Shown: positions 1 to 17,283 of the stretch, in pieces | Layout of the letters: the number at the start of each line of letters is the position of its first letter | Position numbering within the stretch: the stretch's first letter is position 1 | From: the human T2T-CHM13v2.0 reference genome, Homo sapiens | Strand: one strand, 5' to 3' | Assembly (NCBI RefSeq): GCF_009914755.1 | Contig: NC_060928.1 | DNA: 64,000 nt | The notes under the pieces: generated by a model | The model's database searches: none | Told to the model about the DNA's origin: nothing | Seen by the model: only the letters and a program-made list of their open reading frames with translations | Position numbers and translations under genes: made by a program

Positions 1-364
<364 letters not shown>

Positions 365-392
365 TATTGTTTTAAAAAAAAAATTGTTAGAT

Positions 393-411
393 TGGCCACT
401 AGAGGGAGCTC
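393..411 (+). promoter_or_regulatory. Candidate CTCF site
   Basis: TGGCCACTAGAGGGAGCTC closely matches the CTCF core CCASYAGRKGGCRS. Confidence 0.55.
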
Positions 412-759
412 ATGCTTCCTTCTTCCCACCTCATGACCTTTGGACGTGCTCTACCCTCTGCCTGGAATGTGTTTCATCCCCTCTTTGCCCAACCTTATTT
501 CATTCATTTGTACCTGGGTAGTTTGGGATCAACCCCAATGGACAACACTAACTTCCTGAGCGAATGTTAATTCTGTCAAATATACTTCAACTGGACATTT
601 TGGTGGGCATGTCACAAGGAGGAGAAGCTGACCTCTAAGAGCTGGCCTGAGGAGAAATTTAAGGGTTTTTCTGCTTCTACCCTCAGAACCCCCAACCCTC
701 TCCATGCAATATGGGCTTTGTGGTACCCACAGCTGGTTTGGAAAGTGGGAAACACGTAC

Positions 760-814
760 CTCTCTCTGCATTCTGGAAAGCAAAATGATGTTGGGTGGAG
801 GTGCCGCTTCCCAT
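760..814 (-). CDS. PPEF2: PPEF2 (protein phosphatase with EF-hands 2), first coding exon, coding part; the gene continues left of the window
   Basis: Reverse complement reads ATG GGA AGC GGC ACC TCC...GAG AGA G|GTACGT = MGSGTSTQHHFAFQNAER, which I recognise as the PPEF2 N-terminus. Strong Kozak context (ACTATGG); GT donor at 758-759. Confidence 0.93.
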
Positions 815-872
815 AGTTTAAGCGCAATGCTCCTGCAGGACGCAGCAGATCCAGAGGACAGTGAGCTGTTTG
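815..872 (-). other. PPEF2: PPEF2 exon 2, 5'UTR part
   Basis: Acceptor ttctctcttcattttgtcag| with the AG at 873-874, upstream of the ATG. Confidence 0.8.
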
Positions 873-1359
873 CTGACAAAATGAAGAGAGAATCTGTAAT
901 AGGAGATGCAGGCAGAGTATTAAATCGGGTGGGCCAAATTGTCTATGAATCATGTGAGAGTATCCTCTCCACCTCTCCAGTCTAAGTGCACAAGATGTTC
1001 CTCCCCTGAGAGTTCCCTCCATTTGTCATTCCCTAGGTCTCCCGTTTTCAACCTTTCCACTGCCTTTTCCTTTCAGTCTAGAAACATACTGAAATCTCTT
1101 ATTTTGCATTCTCAAAGCAATTCATCCGCCACCTCCTCCTCCCTTGACCTCCTATATTCCTCTAACTGTCACCCAACCTCTCTTGTCTTCTCATCCAGGT
1201 TTATCTCAAGGGTAGACTACAGTTTTCTCTTTACTTCCTCTCAAAATCACCTTTTTCATCCTCACTATTGATCAAAGCCTTTCCTGATGCCTCTAATGTC
1301 TTCATCTTTTCAGTCCTTACCTTGCCAGAACAGCAAGGCCATCTGTCTCCATAGGCCTA

Positions 1360-1640
1360 CCTTTCTTTCTTTCTTTCTTTCTTTTTTGAGACAGAGTCTT
1401 TCTCTGTCACCCAGGCTGGAGTAGTGCAGTGGCACAATCTTGGCTCCCTGCGAGCTCCGCCTCCTGGGTTCACGCCATTCTCACCCCCTCAGCCTCCCGG
1501 TTAATTTTGTTTTTGCATTTTTAGTAGAGACGGGGTTTCGCTGTGTTAGCCAGGATGGTCTCTATCTCCTGACCTTGTGATCCGCTTGCCTCGGCCTCCC
1601 AAAGTGCTGGGATTACAGGCGTGAGCCACTGCGCCTGGCC
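1360..1640 (-). mobile_element. AluY with an internal deletion
   Basis: gttagccaggatggtct diagnostic; about 40 bp missing near 1500. Confidence 0.85.
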
Positions 1641-1992
1641 AGGCCACACCTTTATTTCAATTCTACACCTTGAGCTTCTGTGATACTAAACTCTTATGTT
1701 TGCTCCCATCTTCCTGACTACTTACTGTCTCTGCTTCTTGAGCTCATTTTCCTCTGTCTGTCCCTTATATGTTGATTTTTATTTGCATTCTAGTCTCAAA
1801 TATCTGTTGATCTCACGTGGTATATGCTCCCTGGCTGGTTTAATTAACTCTCACATTTTCAGCTATCACTTCCTACCTCTTAGATCTCTGTCTCCATCCC
1901 AGATGATCCCTAAACTTCAGCCCCACATATTCAGCTCCCTGCTAAACACTTTGATTGGGGTGTCTCAGACTCCAAACAGAACCCATCTTCCA

Positions 1993-2285
1993 GGCCATGT
2001 GCAGTGGCTCATGTCTGTAATCCCAGCACTTTGGGAGGCCAAGGTGGGCTGATCACTTGAGACCAGCCTGGCCAACATGGTGAAACCTCATCTCTCCTAA
2101 AAATACAAAAGAATTAGCTGGGTGTGGTGGTGCACACTTGTAATCCCAGCTACTTGGGAGGCTGAGGCAGGAGAATGGCTTGAACCTGGGAGGCAGAGGT
2201 TGCAGTGAGCCAAGATGTGTAACCACTGCACTCCAGCCTGGGCGACAGAGCAAGACTCTGCCTAAAACAACAACAACAACAACAA
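1993..2285 (+). mobile_element. AluS with (CAA)n tail
   Basis: Alu consensus. Confidence 0.9.
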
Positions 2286-2306
2286 ATCTTCCCCAAAAGC
2301 CTCGTC

Positions 2307-2819
2307 TGCCGAGACCAGCTCAGTCAGGGAGACCCTAACCCAGCGGTGCTAGAGGAATTAAAGACACACACACAGAAATATAGAGGTGCGAAGTGGGAAA
2401 TCAGGTGTCTCACAGCCTTCAGAGCTGAGAGCCCTGAACAGAGATTTACCCACGTATTTATTAACAGCAAGCCAGTCATTAGCATTGTTTCTGTATATAT
2501 TCGATTAACTAAAAGTATCCCTTATGGGAAACGAAGGGATGGGCCGAATTAAAGGAATAAGTTGGGCTAGTTAACTGCAGCAGGAGCATGTCCTTAAGGC
2601 ACAGATCACTCATGCTATTGTTTGTGGCCTAAGAATGCCTTTAAGCGGTTTTCTGCCCTGGGCGGGCCAGATGTTCCCTGCCCTCATTCTGGAAAGCCCA
2701 CCACCTTCCAGCATGGGCGTTATGGCCATGATGAACATGTCACAGTGCTGCAGAGATTTTGTTTATGGCCAGTTTTGGGGCCAGTTTATGGCCAGATTTT
2801 GGGGGGCTTGTTCCCAACA
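2307..2819 (-). mobile_element. MER9 solo LTR (HERV-K HML-3)
   Basis: Reverse complement begins TGTTGGGAACAAGCCCCCCAAAATCTGGCCATAAAC; perfect 6-bp TSD CTCGTC (2301-2306 / 2820-2825). Confidence 0.85.
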
Positions 2820-2849
2820 CTCGTCTCTCTTCTCTCCTTTCTTCAAACT

Positions 2850-3195
2850 CTGTGCTTTAACTACCATGACCTCTGTGTTTCTGCTCTTACCTGGAATGTT
2901 CTTTCTATCCCACTTCTCTTAAGCTGGCTAACTTTATTCATTGCTAAAGGCTCACTTTAAGTATCACCTTCCTTAAAGAAGCCAGCTTGACCTGCTCCTC
3001 CTCTGAGCTCCTGAATATCCTGTTCACATTTCCATCACTGCAATACCATATTACAGTCTTTAATCTTGTATCTCTCTACTATTAGACTGTGAGTTCCTTC
3101 AGAGAAAGACTGTAAGCAAATTCATCATTTTATCCCCAGGATTTAGCACAGTGCCTGACATGTAGTAGGGATTCCATAAATATTAACTGAATAAA
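2850..3195 (+). mobile_element. L2 LINE 3' end fragment
   Basis: gactgtgagttcctt...agcacagtgcctgacatgtagtagg...aaatatt resembles the L2 3' tail. Confidence 0.65.
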
Positions 3196-3204
3196 CTTTA
3201 TGCC

Positions 3205-3890
3205 TTATTTATTTTTTGCTGACACATAATAATTATACATATTTATGGGATACAATGTGATATTCTGATACATGTATACATTGTGTGATCAAAGCATAGT
3301 AATTGGCATATCCATCACCTTAAACATTTATTATTTCTTTGTTATGAGGACATTCAAAATTCTCTCTTCTAGCTATTTGAAATATACAATGCATTATTGT
3401 TAGATATAGTCATGGTACTGTACAATGGAGTGCCAGAACTTATTCCTTCTATCTAACTGTAACATTGTACCTGTTAATCAACTTTCCTCATCTCCTGCTT
3501 CCTTCTATTTTCCCCAGTCTCTAGTAATCATTACTCTATGCTCAACTTCCATGATCTCAACTTTTTTAGCTCCCACATATGAGTGAGATCACGCAGTATT
3601 TGTCTTTCTGTGCCTGGCTTATTTCACTTAACATAATGTCCTCCAGGTTCACCCATATTGTCACACAGAACAGGATTTCATCCTTTTTATGGCTGAATAG
3701 TATTCCACTGTACATATATACTACATTTTCTTCATCCATTCATCCACTGATGGGCATACAGGTTGATTCTATGTCTTGGCTATTGTGAATAATGTTACAA
3801 TAAACATGAGTATGCAATTGTCTCTTCAAAATACTGATTTTGCTTCCTTTGGATATACACCCAAAGTGTAGTGGGATTGCTGGATCATTA
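3205..3890 (-). mobile_element. L1MA-type LINE 3' fragment
   Basis: Typical L1 3'UTR/ORF2-end text (tttagctcccacatatgagtgag, tagtgggattgctggatcat). Confidence 0.8.
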
Positions 3891-5725
3891 TGCCATATTT
3901 CTTTTTATACAACAAAGATGACACTTTCTCTAGTTCTTCTTCAGGAGGTAATGTGAGATGTACTGACTTAACATCAAGAGCGAATCCCACTTCTTTTACT
4001 CTTTTCTCTACCTCATTTCTACCCCACTCTCCTCCGCTATTTTTGAAGGTTGTGATACTGGGGATTATCAAAGAGTTGTTGTCTTTTTCTCTGAAAATCA
4101 AAATTAAAGTCTTACCTTGCTTATGTTGGCTAGTTTATTTTGAATAAACAACCAGAGGAAAAAAGACTGTGATCTCTTTTTGTGTGCAAAATGGTTCCTA
4201 GTTCTATGAGATGTCATGATACCAGAATCTGAGTTTGGGGTAAAGTGAGAAGCCATCATGTCCAAACTGATGGCTAAAACTGCTCCTAAATATTTGCACA
4301 GTTTTAGAACTAGAAGGGACTTCAGCAATGATTCTGCTTGTCAATGACTCACAAGTTGCTTTGATACATTGGTAACTTGCCTGCATAGCCAAGTTGTGTA
4401 TTTAAGAGTGTTTGATGTGGGTGAGAATTTTTGTTCACCTTCTCACTCAATTTTGGGCACTTAAGCTCTCAGAGACTCAGTTTTCTCATCTATGTATCTT
4501 CAAGGATCATAAATGATATATTTAAAGTGCTTTCTATACAATAAAACCTCAATATATGTTGATGGACTGAATCTGATGTCATATTTATTTTAAAATATCA
4601 ACAACCAAAAATATGTTCTTGGAGGCAGTAAAAGGCATACTATTTCAATGCTGCATGAATCAGCAGGATGGATACTGATTATTGCTGGGTCAAAGATTTT
4701 TATTAAATAAATCCTCTTTTGCCCTTAGGCAACTTTTTTTCTCATGAATTTATAAATTCAAAAATGGTGGCAGAATAAGATGACCTACAAAGAATTTATT
4801 GGAGATAGAAATATAGCATTGCCTAGAGTAAGGAAGTTGATATCTATCATGGGCCAATAAACTATTTAGAACAACCACAAGAGATGAAAGAAATGAAGTC
4901 TCCCATTAGGTAGTTGTAACTAACTCTTGGTGACCTTTTGTCACCAAGGACAAAAAGGATATGTTTTCCTATGTCATGTGGAAGGGGAAAAGGGGTACCT
5001 AGCTACCATTATAACAGCAAAGGCACATGTGATCCCTGCCTTGGGGCTCCCTGGTCTCATCTGTTTCTCTGTTATTTATGGATAATGGTAACGTCATTAC
5101 AGGGTTGTTAGGAGTGTGAAGTGAGGTTATATATGAGGAGTACTTTGCAAATGTTTGTCATCGTCATGAAAAACATAGATAAGGAATTTTCTTAAATGAC
5201 ATCCTCAAAAATCTCTTAAAGTTCTTCTCCTCCTCAGATAAAAAGCACCTTAAATAATTATCAGTAAAGAATCAACAAAATACATCATGATGCTTTAAAA
5301 ACAATGGAATGTATTCCACCATGACAAAGAACAAGGCAAGTCGATATGTAATCATATGAAAACGGCCCCAAGATATATTGTTACATGAAGAAAAGCAAAT
5401 TCCAGAAGAGCACGCCTAGTGTGATATCATCTATATAAAAAAAGTCAGTAAGTATATAAAAATGAAAGACTATACACCAAGCTATTAACAGTAATTACCT
5501 CTGGAGAAAGAGGTTGGGTGAGAGATTTCCATTTTTAACTTATATACTTCTATTACAGCTTTTGTAATTAAAAATCAATAAATGATATTTTTCTAAAATT
5601 TTTACACATAAGAAAAATTAGAAAGTGGCTCTGACTAAATAGGTATCCCATATGGCTGCTTAAGAGAAGAAGATGGAGTCATCTACGGACAAGCAGAGAA
5701 CATTCTAGAAATCAATAAGAAAAAT

Positions 5726-6086
<361 letters not shown>

Positions 6087-6294
6087 TCATAAGGTCAGCC
6101 ACAGAAAACGAGCTTGAGGGAGCCCGAGATTGTTGAATCAGCACCTTTGGTAATCACCAGCTGTCTTCTCCCCCTGATGATTTCCCAAGCTGAGCCATCT
6201 CTCCAGGTGATGAGTACATCCACCCAACGTGGGTGAGACCCCTTCTCCTTCTAGAATTTGACTTAGCATCATCAATGCCTCACATTATCATGAA

Positions 6295-6483
6295 AAACAA
6301 AAATTAGCTAGGGGTGGTAGTGCAGCATGCCTGTGGTTCCAGCTACTCAGGAGGCTGAAGTGAGAAGACTGCTTGAGCCCAGGAGTTCGAGGCTGTAGTG
6401 TGCTATGATTGCACTTATGAACAGCCACTGCACTCCAGTCTGGGCAACATAGTGAGACTCTGTCTCTTAGGCGGAAAAAAAAA
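6295..6483 (+). mobile_element. FAM/FRAM-type fossil Alu monomer
   Basis: Monomeric; retains the 7SL-like segment tatgaacagccactgcactccag. Confidence 0.65.
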
Positions 6484-6720
6484 GTGTTTATCTGTCCACT
6501 AAGTGAGCCCAAGAAATCCAGGGCAGAATGGTCACCCAGCACTTGAAGATCTCATCACACAGATAGCAAAGACCCCATCTGGATGAGTTGATAGATAACA
6601 GAGGAGCTGTCTTTGACCTTTGTCTCAAAACAACTCTGTATTTATTTCCTAGGTAAAAACATAAGTGTCGCCCTCCTGTTCTCACCCATTTCTACTTTAG
6701 GCTAGACAGAAAGTTCTTAC

Positions 6721-7000
6721 CTTCTTTGCTGGGTTTTTTATTTACCATGAGACACAACAAGGCAGAAATCTCTTTAACATGCAGGCGTGATCCCCATCCT
6801 GTCTTCAGAGTTGGCTGAGGGATCCCAGGCTGATCTGATTTCTTTCAGACCTACAGAGCCCATAAAGAAGGTGCAGCCCTAGTCTGCCATGTCTTCTTCC
6901 TGAAAAGCAATGGTGACATTCACAGCCCTGGCCAAGTATTCACAGTGACAGGAAGGAAAGTTCAGGCTTCTTGCCTCGAAGGAGTAGGCACCCCCTGACG
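6721..7000 (-). other. PPEF2: Probable PPEF2 non-coding exon 1 (5' boundary approximate)
   Basis: Near-consensus donor AAG|GTAAGA at 6719-6720 in unique sequence, directly downstream of a CRX-motif cluster. The TSS cannot be read from sequence. Confidence 0.65.
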
Positions 7001-7407
7001 TCAGTCAGATCAGGCCCCCAAGGAAGATTTGAAGGGGGCGACTGCATAGTCGGGGTATCTCCCATATACCCAAGGAGATGGGTTTCTCTAACAGCACCCA
7101 CGTCAGTCCTAAATCTTCTTACTCTCCTGGATTAGAAGACTGTGTTTCCCAGGCCACATCTGAGAAGCCTGAGCTCCTTAGCCCTGAAATAGCAGAGTGC
7201 TGACAAGACACAGGGGCCTAGGGGCTCTGGAGTCCAAGGGGAGTCCTCAGCAGAAGACACATAGGAGGCATTCTTTGTTGGGGCTGGCTTTTCTGTTTGC
7301 AAAGCCTGCTTGAAATATCCTGCCCTTTCTATGGACACTTTCCTTAGGATATAACCTAATCTGTGGTTAATCACTATTCTTGGACAACTTACTTTTTCAG
7401 TTAATCT
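6995..7407 (-). promoter_or_regulatory. Candidate photoreceptor-type PPEF2 promoter
   Basis: CRX/OTX2 K50 motifs CTAATCC (rc 7129-7135), CTAATCT 7356-7362, TTAATCA 7367-7373, TTAATCT 7401-7407. NRL/MAF half-site TGCTGAC 7198-7204. Palindromic CRE TGACGTCA 6996-7003. Confidence 0.6.
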
Positions 7408-7507
7408 AAGATGCTTGTGTGTGTGTTCTGGTAGGTACTAAATGCACCATGGAAATTCTCAAAGAAAGTGATATTCTGTTTGTCTATATCTAGTAGGTCA
7501 AGTTTGT

Positions 7508-7826
<319 letters not shown>

Positions 7827-8506
7827 TAAATTTGTTAATTATATTAATTCAGATCCTCTTTATCTTTGTTTATTCTTCCTGATCTGACCATCTTTGAAAG
7901 AGGTATTTTGAAGATTTCTATGACAAGTACAGATTTAGCAAATTCTCCTTGTATTTGAGTCTTTGCATTACACGTTTTGAAGCTATATAATTAGATATTA
8001 AATTTAAACCATGTAAAATTGCCATCGGCAACTGTGTAATTACACATGAAGCCGTATTGTCATTTAACTGTCTTGGTAGAGGGTGACATAAAAATTAAAT
8101 ATCACTCTGCCTTTTAAAATTCTTTTTGCATTTGATTCTCTTTTGTCTGATATTAACATTTTCACATTAGCTTAGTTTTTGTTAGTGGCTGACTGCTAAC
8201 ATTCTTTCTCCAAGTTGACTAAAAGACTGATAAAATCCTGTATTACTGAGAGTATGAGAAAAAGGACCCTCTCCATATACTATTGCTGGGATCGTTAAAA
8301 TGTTTCATTTTGGGGGAATTAAATTAAATTTTAATTGTAATTTATTAAATTACATACTTAAAATATGTAAATCCTTTAATCTAGAAATTATACTTCTAAG
8401 TATCTTACAGAATTATACACCCATGCAAAAATCTATATAAAGATTTTTATTACTGTATAATTTGTGATTAGGAAAAGTTGGAAAATAACCTAAGATATTT
8501 TTTTAT

Positions 8507-8995
8507 GTGGTATTACCCATATTTTCTAGTTTCCATATTGATGCTTTGACATTTTGGGGCCTTGTTGACCAGGGAGAGACTACACCTCCTGGGATTAGCT
8601 GATCCCTGAGATGCAAACTAACCAATCTAGAGCCCTACCACCAAATCCCTCCTTTTTTGGACTTTCATACTCAAGGCCGTTATCTCTCTACCCTAATCAC
8701 CCTGACATCATATATCAGACAACTCAGTGCAGTCTACAGTCAGGAGTCAGCTGACACTATTCCAACTAGCTAGTCCTCCACCTGCTTAGCCGCCTTACCC
8801 TGCCTCACCCATTCCTTCCCTCGAAAACCACAGTTCTCCTGTCCTCTGCCTGTGACCAACCTCAGTGTTCTCTCCCGTGGCTGTGCAGGTGTGACCTCTC
8901 CTCTTGGGAACGAGGAGTAATAAGCTATCTTTTAAATGGCAATTGTCCCCTGATCTGTTGGCCTTATCATACCTGAATAAAAATAGAATCTACAT
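8507..8995 (+). mobile_element. Old LTR, MER74-like (ERVL); family tentative
   Basis: TG...CA ends, gatgctttgacattttggggccttg signature, agtaataagctatct near the 3' end. Confidence 0.5.
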
Positions 8996-9159
8996 TTTAA
9001 AACGTTTATGCATTTTTAAATGTCTTAATGAGTACAGATGGCAGTTATCACTAGGGGTACTCATGGGGAGAGTGCCATCCACAAGTGGGGAAGAGAGGCA
9101 GAGGATCACATTATGTACTGTTTGATTTATTTTTATATTAGAAATCTGTTACTTGTGTT

Positions 9160-10155
<996 letters not shown>

Positions 10156-10496
10156 AATTTTAACTTTTTAATTAAAAAATTTTATTGCCTCTTGTTTTTA
10201 AAATTTATTTTATTTTGGTAAGAACACAACATGAAATCTACCCTTTTTACAGATTTTCTTCTTTTTTTGAGACAGGATCCCACTCTGTCACCCAGGGTAG
10301 AATGCAATGGCATGACCACAGTTCATTGCAGCCTCGACCTCCCAGGCTCAAGTGATCCTCCCACCTCTGCCTCTTAAGTACTTGGGACTACAGGCACACA
10401 TCACCACTCCCAGCTAATATTTTTATTTTTGTAGAGACAGAGGTCTCACTATGTTGCCCAAGCTGGTCTCAAACTCATAGACCCAGGCAATCTTCC

Positions 10497-11251
10497 TGAT
10501 ATGAACAGGAGACGGGGAAATACTGGAAAGTTATTTATTTTGTTTGATTTATTTACCTGCCAAAAGCCCCACCCTCAAGCCTGGAAACCCGAGGCCCCAA
10601 ATGGGAACAGGCATTCCTGTTTTCGTGCCCAAATGTTGCATCTTGGCCCGCCACACCCCACATCCTGTACCCATATAAACCCCGAATCCCTGGGTCCATG
10701 AGGAGATGAGCAGAAGAGCCAAAGAACTGAAGAACGGCATGGCAGAGAAGGAGCATCTGAATATCTAGAGGAGTCCAGCTGGGGACAGTTGGAGAGGAGT
10801 TCTGCCACAGGACTGCTGAACTCCAAGGGAAGATCATCTTTCCACTCCGTCCCCGTTCCAGCTCCCCATCCATCCTGCTGAGAGCCACCTCCACCACTCA
10901 ATAAAACCCCCATATTCACCACTCTTCAAGTCTGTGTGTAACCTGATTCTTTCTGGGTGCTGGACAAGGGCCCGGGTACCAAGGGGACACTGAGCTGGTT
11001 AACACTTAAGCCATCTGTGGATGGCAGAGTTAAAAGAGCACTGTAGCATGCCTACTGGGGCTTCAGGAGTCAAAGCACCACCCCTAGAAGCTGCCCTGGG
11101 GCCAGAGCCCAAAAGCGCTCACTCTGGTTCCTGCACCTGCCTGTCTGTATCCTCCCGCTCCTATAAGGGGTTTGAGCTTGTGGCAGCTGAACAGAGATCA
11201 ACACCCCTGTTGAGTGTCCTGCAAGGGGAGCCAGGGAACTCTCCTGTTTCA
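10497..11251 (+). mobile_element. LTR1-family solo LTR (ERV1) inserted into an AluJ
   Basis: Starts TGATATGAACAGGAGACGGGGAAATACTGG and ends GGGAACTCTCCTGTTTCA; Alu sequence resumes on both sides. Confidence 0.8.
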
Positions 11252-11563
11252 CCCCCACCTCCGCCTCCTAAAGTGCTGTGATTATAAGATAAACCACCAC
11301 GCCTGGCCTCTTAACAGATTTTTAAGTGTACAATAGGCACGACGTACAGATCTCTAGAAGTTATTCACCTTGTATAAATGAAACTTTACACCAGTTGAAT
11401 GGCAACTTCCTATTTCCCCAGCCCCTTAGCCTTTGACAACCACTCTCTACTTCTTGCTTCTATGAGTTTGACTATTTTAGATACCTCACATAAATGGAAT
11501 TATTCCAGTAAGCACTGTGATTGGCTTATTTCATTTAAGATAATGTCCTCCAGGTTGTCATAT

Positions 11564-14830
<3,267 letters not shown>

Positions 14831-15305
14831 GTCTTCTTTTTAAAGGATGAATAATATTCCACTGTGTGTACATACCACATTTTCTTTATCCATTCATGCC
14901 TAGATGGACATTTAGATTGTTGATAAGAGTGTTACTTTCCTCCTGATATTGGAAGGACATCTTCCAAATGGAGATTTTATCTCTTGTTTTCAGGAAGAAA
15001 ATGGGGAGGGTCAGAGTGAATTTCTTTTCCCTGCTGGTTTTGTAAGTGCCTTTAGCTCAAAATAGTCCTTATACCAAAGTGGCATATTTGGGGTAGTGTG
15101 TTCTGAGCTCCTTCAGCATACTTAAAGTTCAGGAGAAAAGACACAAGAGAATGTAGGTGAGCAATTCTGAGATAGCTGACTATTTTCCAAAATTGAACAA
15201 AAGACACAAACTTGAAATTTGGGGAGCACAACAAATCCCAAGCAGGCTTAAACAAAATTCAATATCTGGACACATTGTAGTTAAACCACGTGACACTGTT
15301 ATCAC

Positions 15306-15826
15306 TGTCACACACATCTGTGTGAAGAGACCACCAAATAGGCTTCATGTGAGCAATAAAGCTTTTTAATCACCTGGGTGCACGTGGGCTGAGTCCAAAA
15401 AAGGAGTCAGCAAAGGGTGGTAGGATTATCATTAGTTCTTATAGGTTTGGGATAGACGGTGGAGTTCGGAGCAATTTTTTGCAGGCAGGAAGTGGATCTT
15501 ACAAAGTACATTCTCAAGGGCGGAGAGGATATTACAAAGTACCTTCTCAAGGGTGGGGAGGGTGTATCGTACAAAGTACATTCACAAGGGCGGGGGAATA
15601 TCACAAAGTACATTATTGCAAGGGTGGGGAGGGTGTCTTGTCACAAAGTCAATTGATCAGTTAGGGTGGGGCAGGAACAAATCACAATGGTGAAATGTCA
15701 TCAGTTAAGGCAGGAACTGGCTATTTTCTCTTCTTTTGTGGATCTTCAGTTGCTTCAGGCCATCTGGATGTATACGTGCAGGTCACAGGGCATATGATGG
15801 CTTAGCTTGGGCTCAGAGGCCTGACA
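15306..15826 (-). mobile_element. HERV-H solo LTR (LTR7 family, probably LTR7B / type II)
   Basis: Reverse complement begins TGTCAGGCCTCTGAGCCCAAGCTAAGCCATCATA. Perfect 5-bp TSD ATCAC (15301-15305 / 15827-15831). Four ~33-bp ACAAAGTAC...AAGGG repeats at 15501-15640. Confidence 0.9.
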
Positions 15827-15852
15827 ATCACCTGATGGGTTCTTCTTGCTCA
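15340..15852 (-). other. NAAA: Probable LTR-derived alternative terminal exon of NAAA
   Basis: Acceptor ggttttgtctgtgcag|TGA inside LTR8; ATTAAA at 15365-15370 inside LTR7. Splicing from exon 8 gives a stop directly after Q323. Confidence 0.6.
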
Positions 15853-16771
15853 CTGCACAGACAAAACCAATTCACTGAGATCATACTATTGCAGTAGAGA
15901 AAGAGTTCAATTAACAGTCCTAGCAGGAGCATGGATGTTATTACTCAAATCAGTCTCTCCAAGAACTCAGAGGCTAGGGTTTTAATGGATAATTTGGTGA
16001 GCTGGGGGCTAAGGAAGGGGGTTGCTGATTGGGGATGAAATTACAGGGGTATGGAAAACAGTCTTTATGCACTGAGTATGCCCTTTGGGTGAGGGCCACA
16101 GGACTAGTTGACTCATGGTCACAGGTCCTGGTGGGGTCCAGTGGTTGCCAGAATGCAAAAGTCTGAAAAACATCTCAAAAGACCAATCTTAGGTGCTATA
16201 GTAGTGATGTTCTCTACAGGAACAATTGGGGAAGTCACAAATCTTTGACTTCTAGCCACATGACTCCTGAGCAGTAAGGGATTATAGAAACTACGCCTAC
16301 ATTTAGCAGAATTCGGGTTCTTCCCATAATCCTAATCTCATAGCCTTCCATTAGTTTTACAAAGGTGGCTTTACTCCCTAGCAGGGCAGAGGTTAGTCTG
16401 AGGGTGGGGTTATTATCATCCTTTCTTTAAAGTTAAACTCTAAACTAAATTCCTCCCACGATTAGCTTGGTCTGTGCCCAGGAACGAGCAAGGACAGCCA
16501 GCCTGTGAGGCTAGAAGGAAGATGGAGTCAGCCATGCTAGACTTCTCTCACTGTCATCATCTTTGCAAAGGCGGTTTCAACAAAAAGGACAAATATCTGA
16601 AAAGCAACTAGAGTGTTGGATTACTTAAATCATTTTCCTGAGGAACAGCCCTCAATGCCTTCGCTTTGCCTGGTTAAAATTAGGGTATTCCCCAAATTTC
16701 CGAAGATCATGGCATATTTTCAAGAAAACAAAAATGGAATAAGACTAATAAGTAGAAATTTAGCCTGGCCA

Positions 16772-17283
<512 letters not shown>

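Larger units (their letters stand above)
15297..16579 (-). mobile_element. LTR8/LTR8A solo LTR (interrupted by LTR7) inside an old L1 fragment
   Basis: Reverse complement begins TGAAACCGCCTTTGCAAAG and ends ...AGAACCCATCAGGTGAT/AACA; flanks ACAC/ACAA. Confidence 0.8.

Noticed and set aside
3826-4115. Protein-like minus-strand ORF (KNSGGEWGRNEVEKRVKEVGFALDV...) with a nearby acceptor at 4091-4092 and donor at 4114-4115
   Set aside because: I recognise no homology, it has no ATG start, it runs into L1, and the donor-acceptor gap is only 25 nt. A tBLASTn or PhyloCSF test would be needed to revive it.
4926-4948. 9-bp stem hairpin CTTGGTGAC-ctttt-GTCACCAAG
   Set aside because: Short enough to occur by chance in 64 kb, with no supporting context.
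6295-6483. Possible 7SL RNA gene
   Set aside because: It lacks the S domain and is a degenerate FAM/Alu monomer.
15501-15650. Regularly spaced repeats that superficially resemble a CRISPR array
   Set aside because: They are HERV-H LTR tandem repeats with similar, not unique, spacers in a primate genome.
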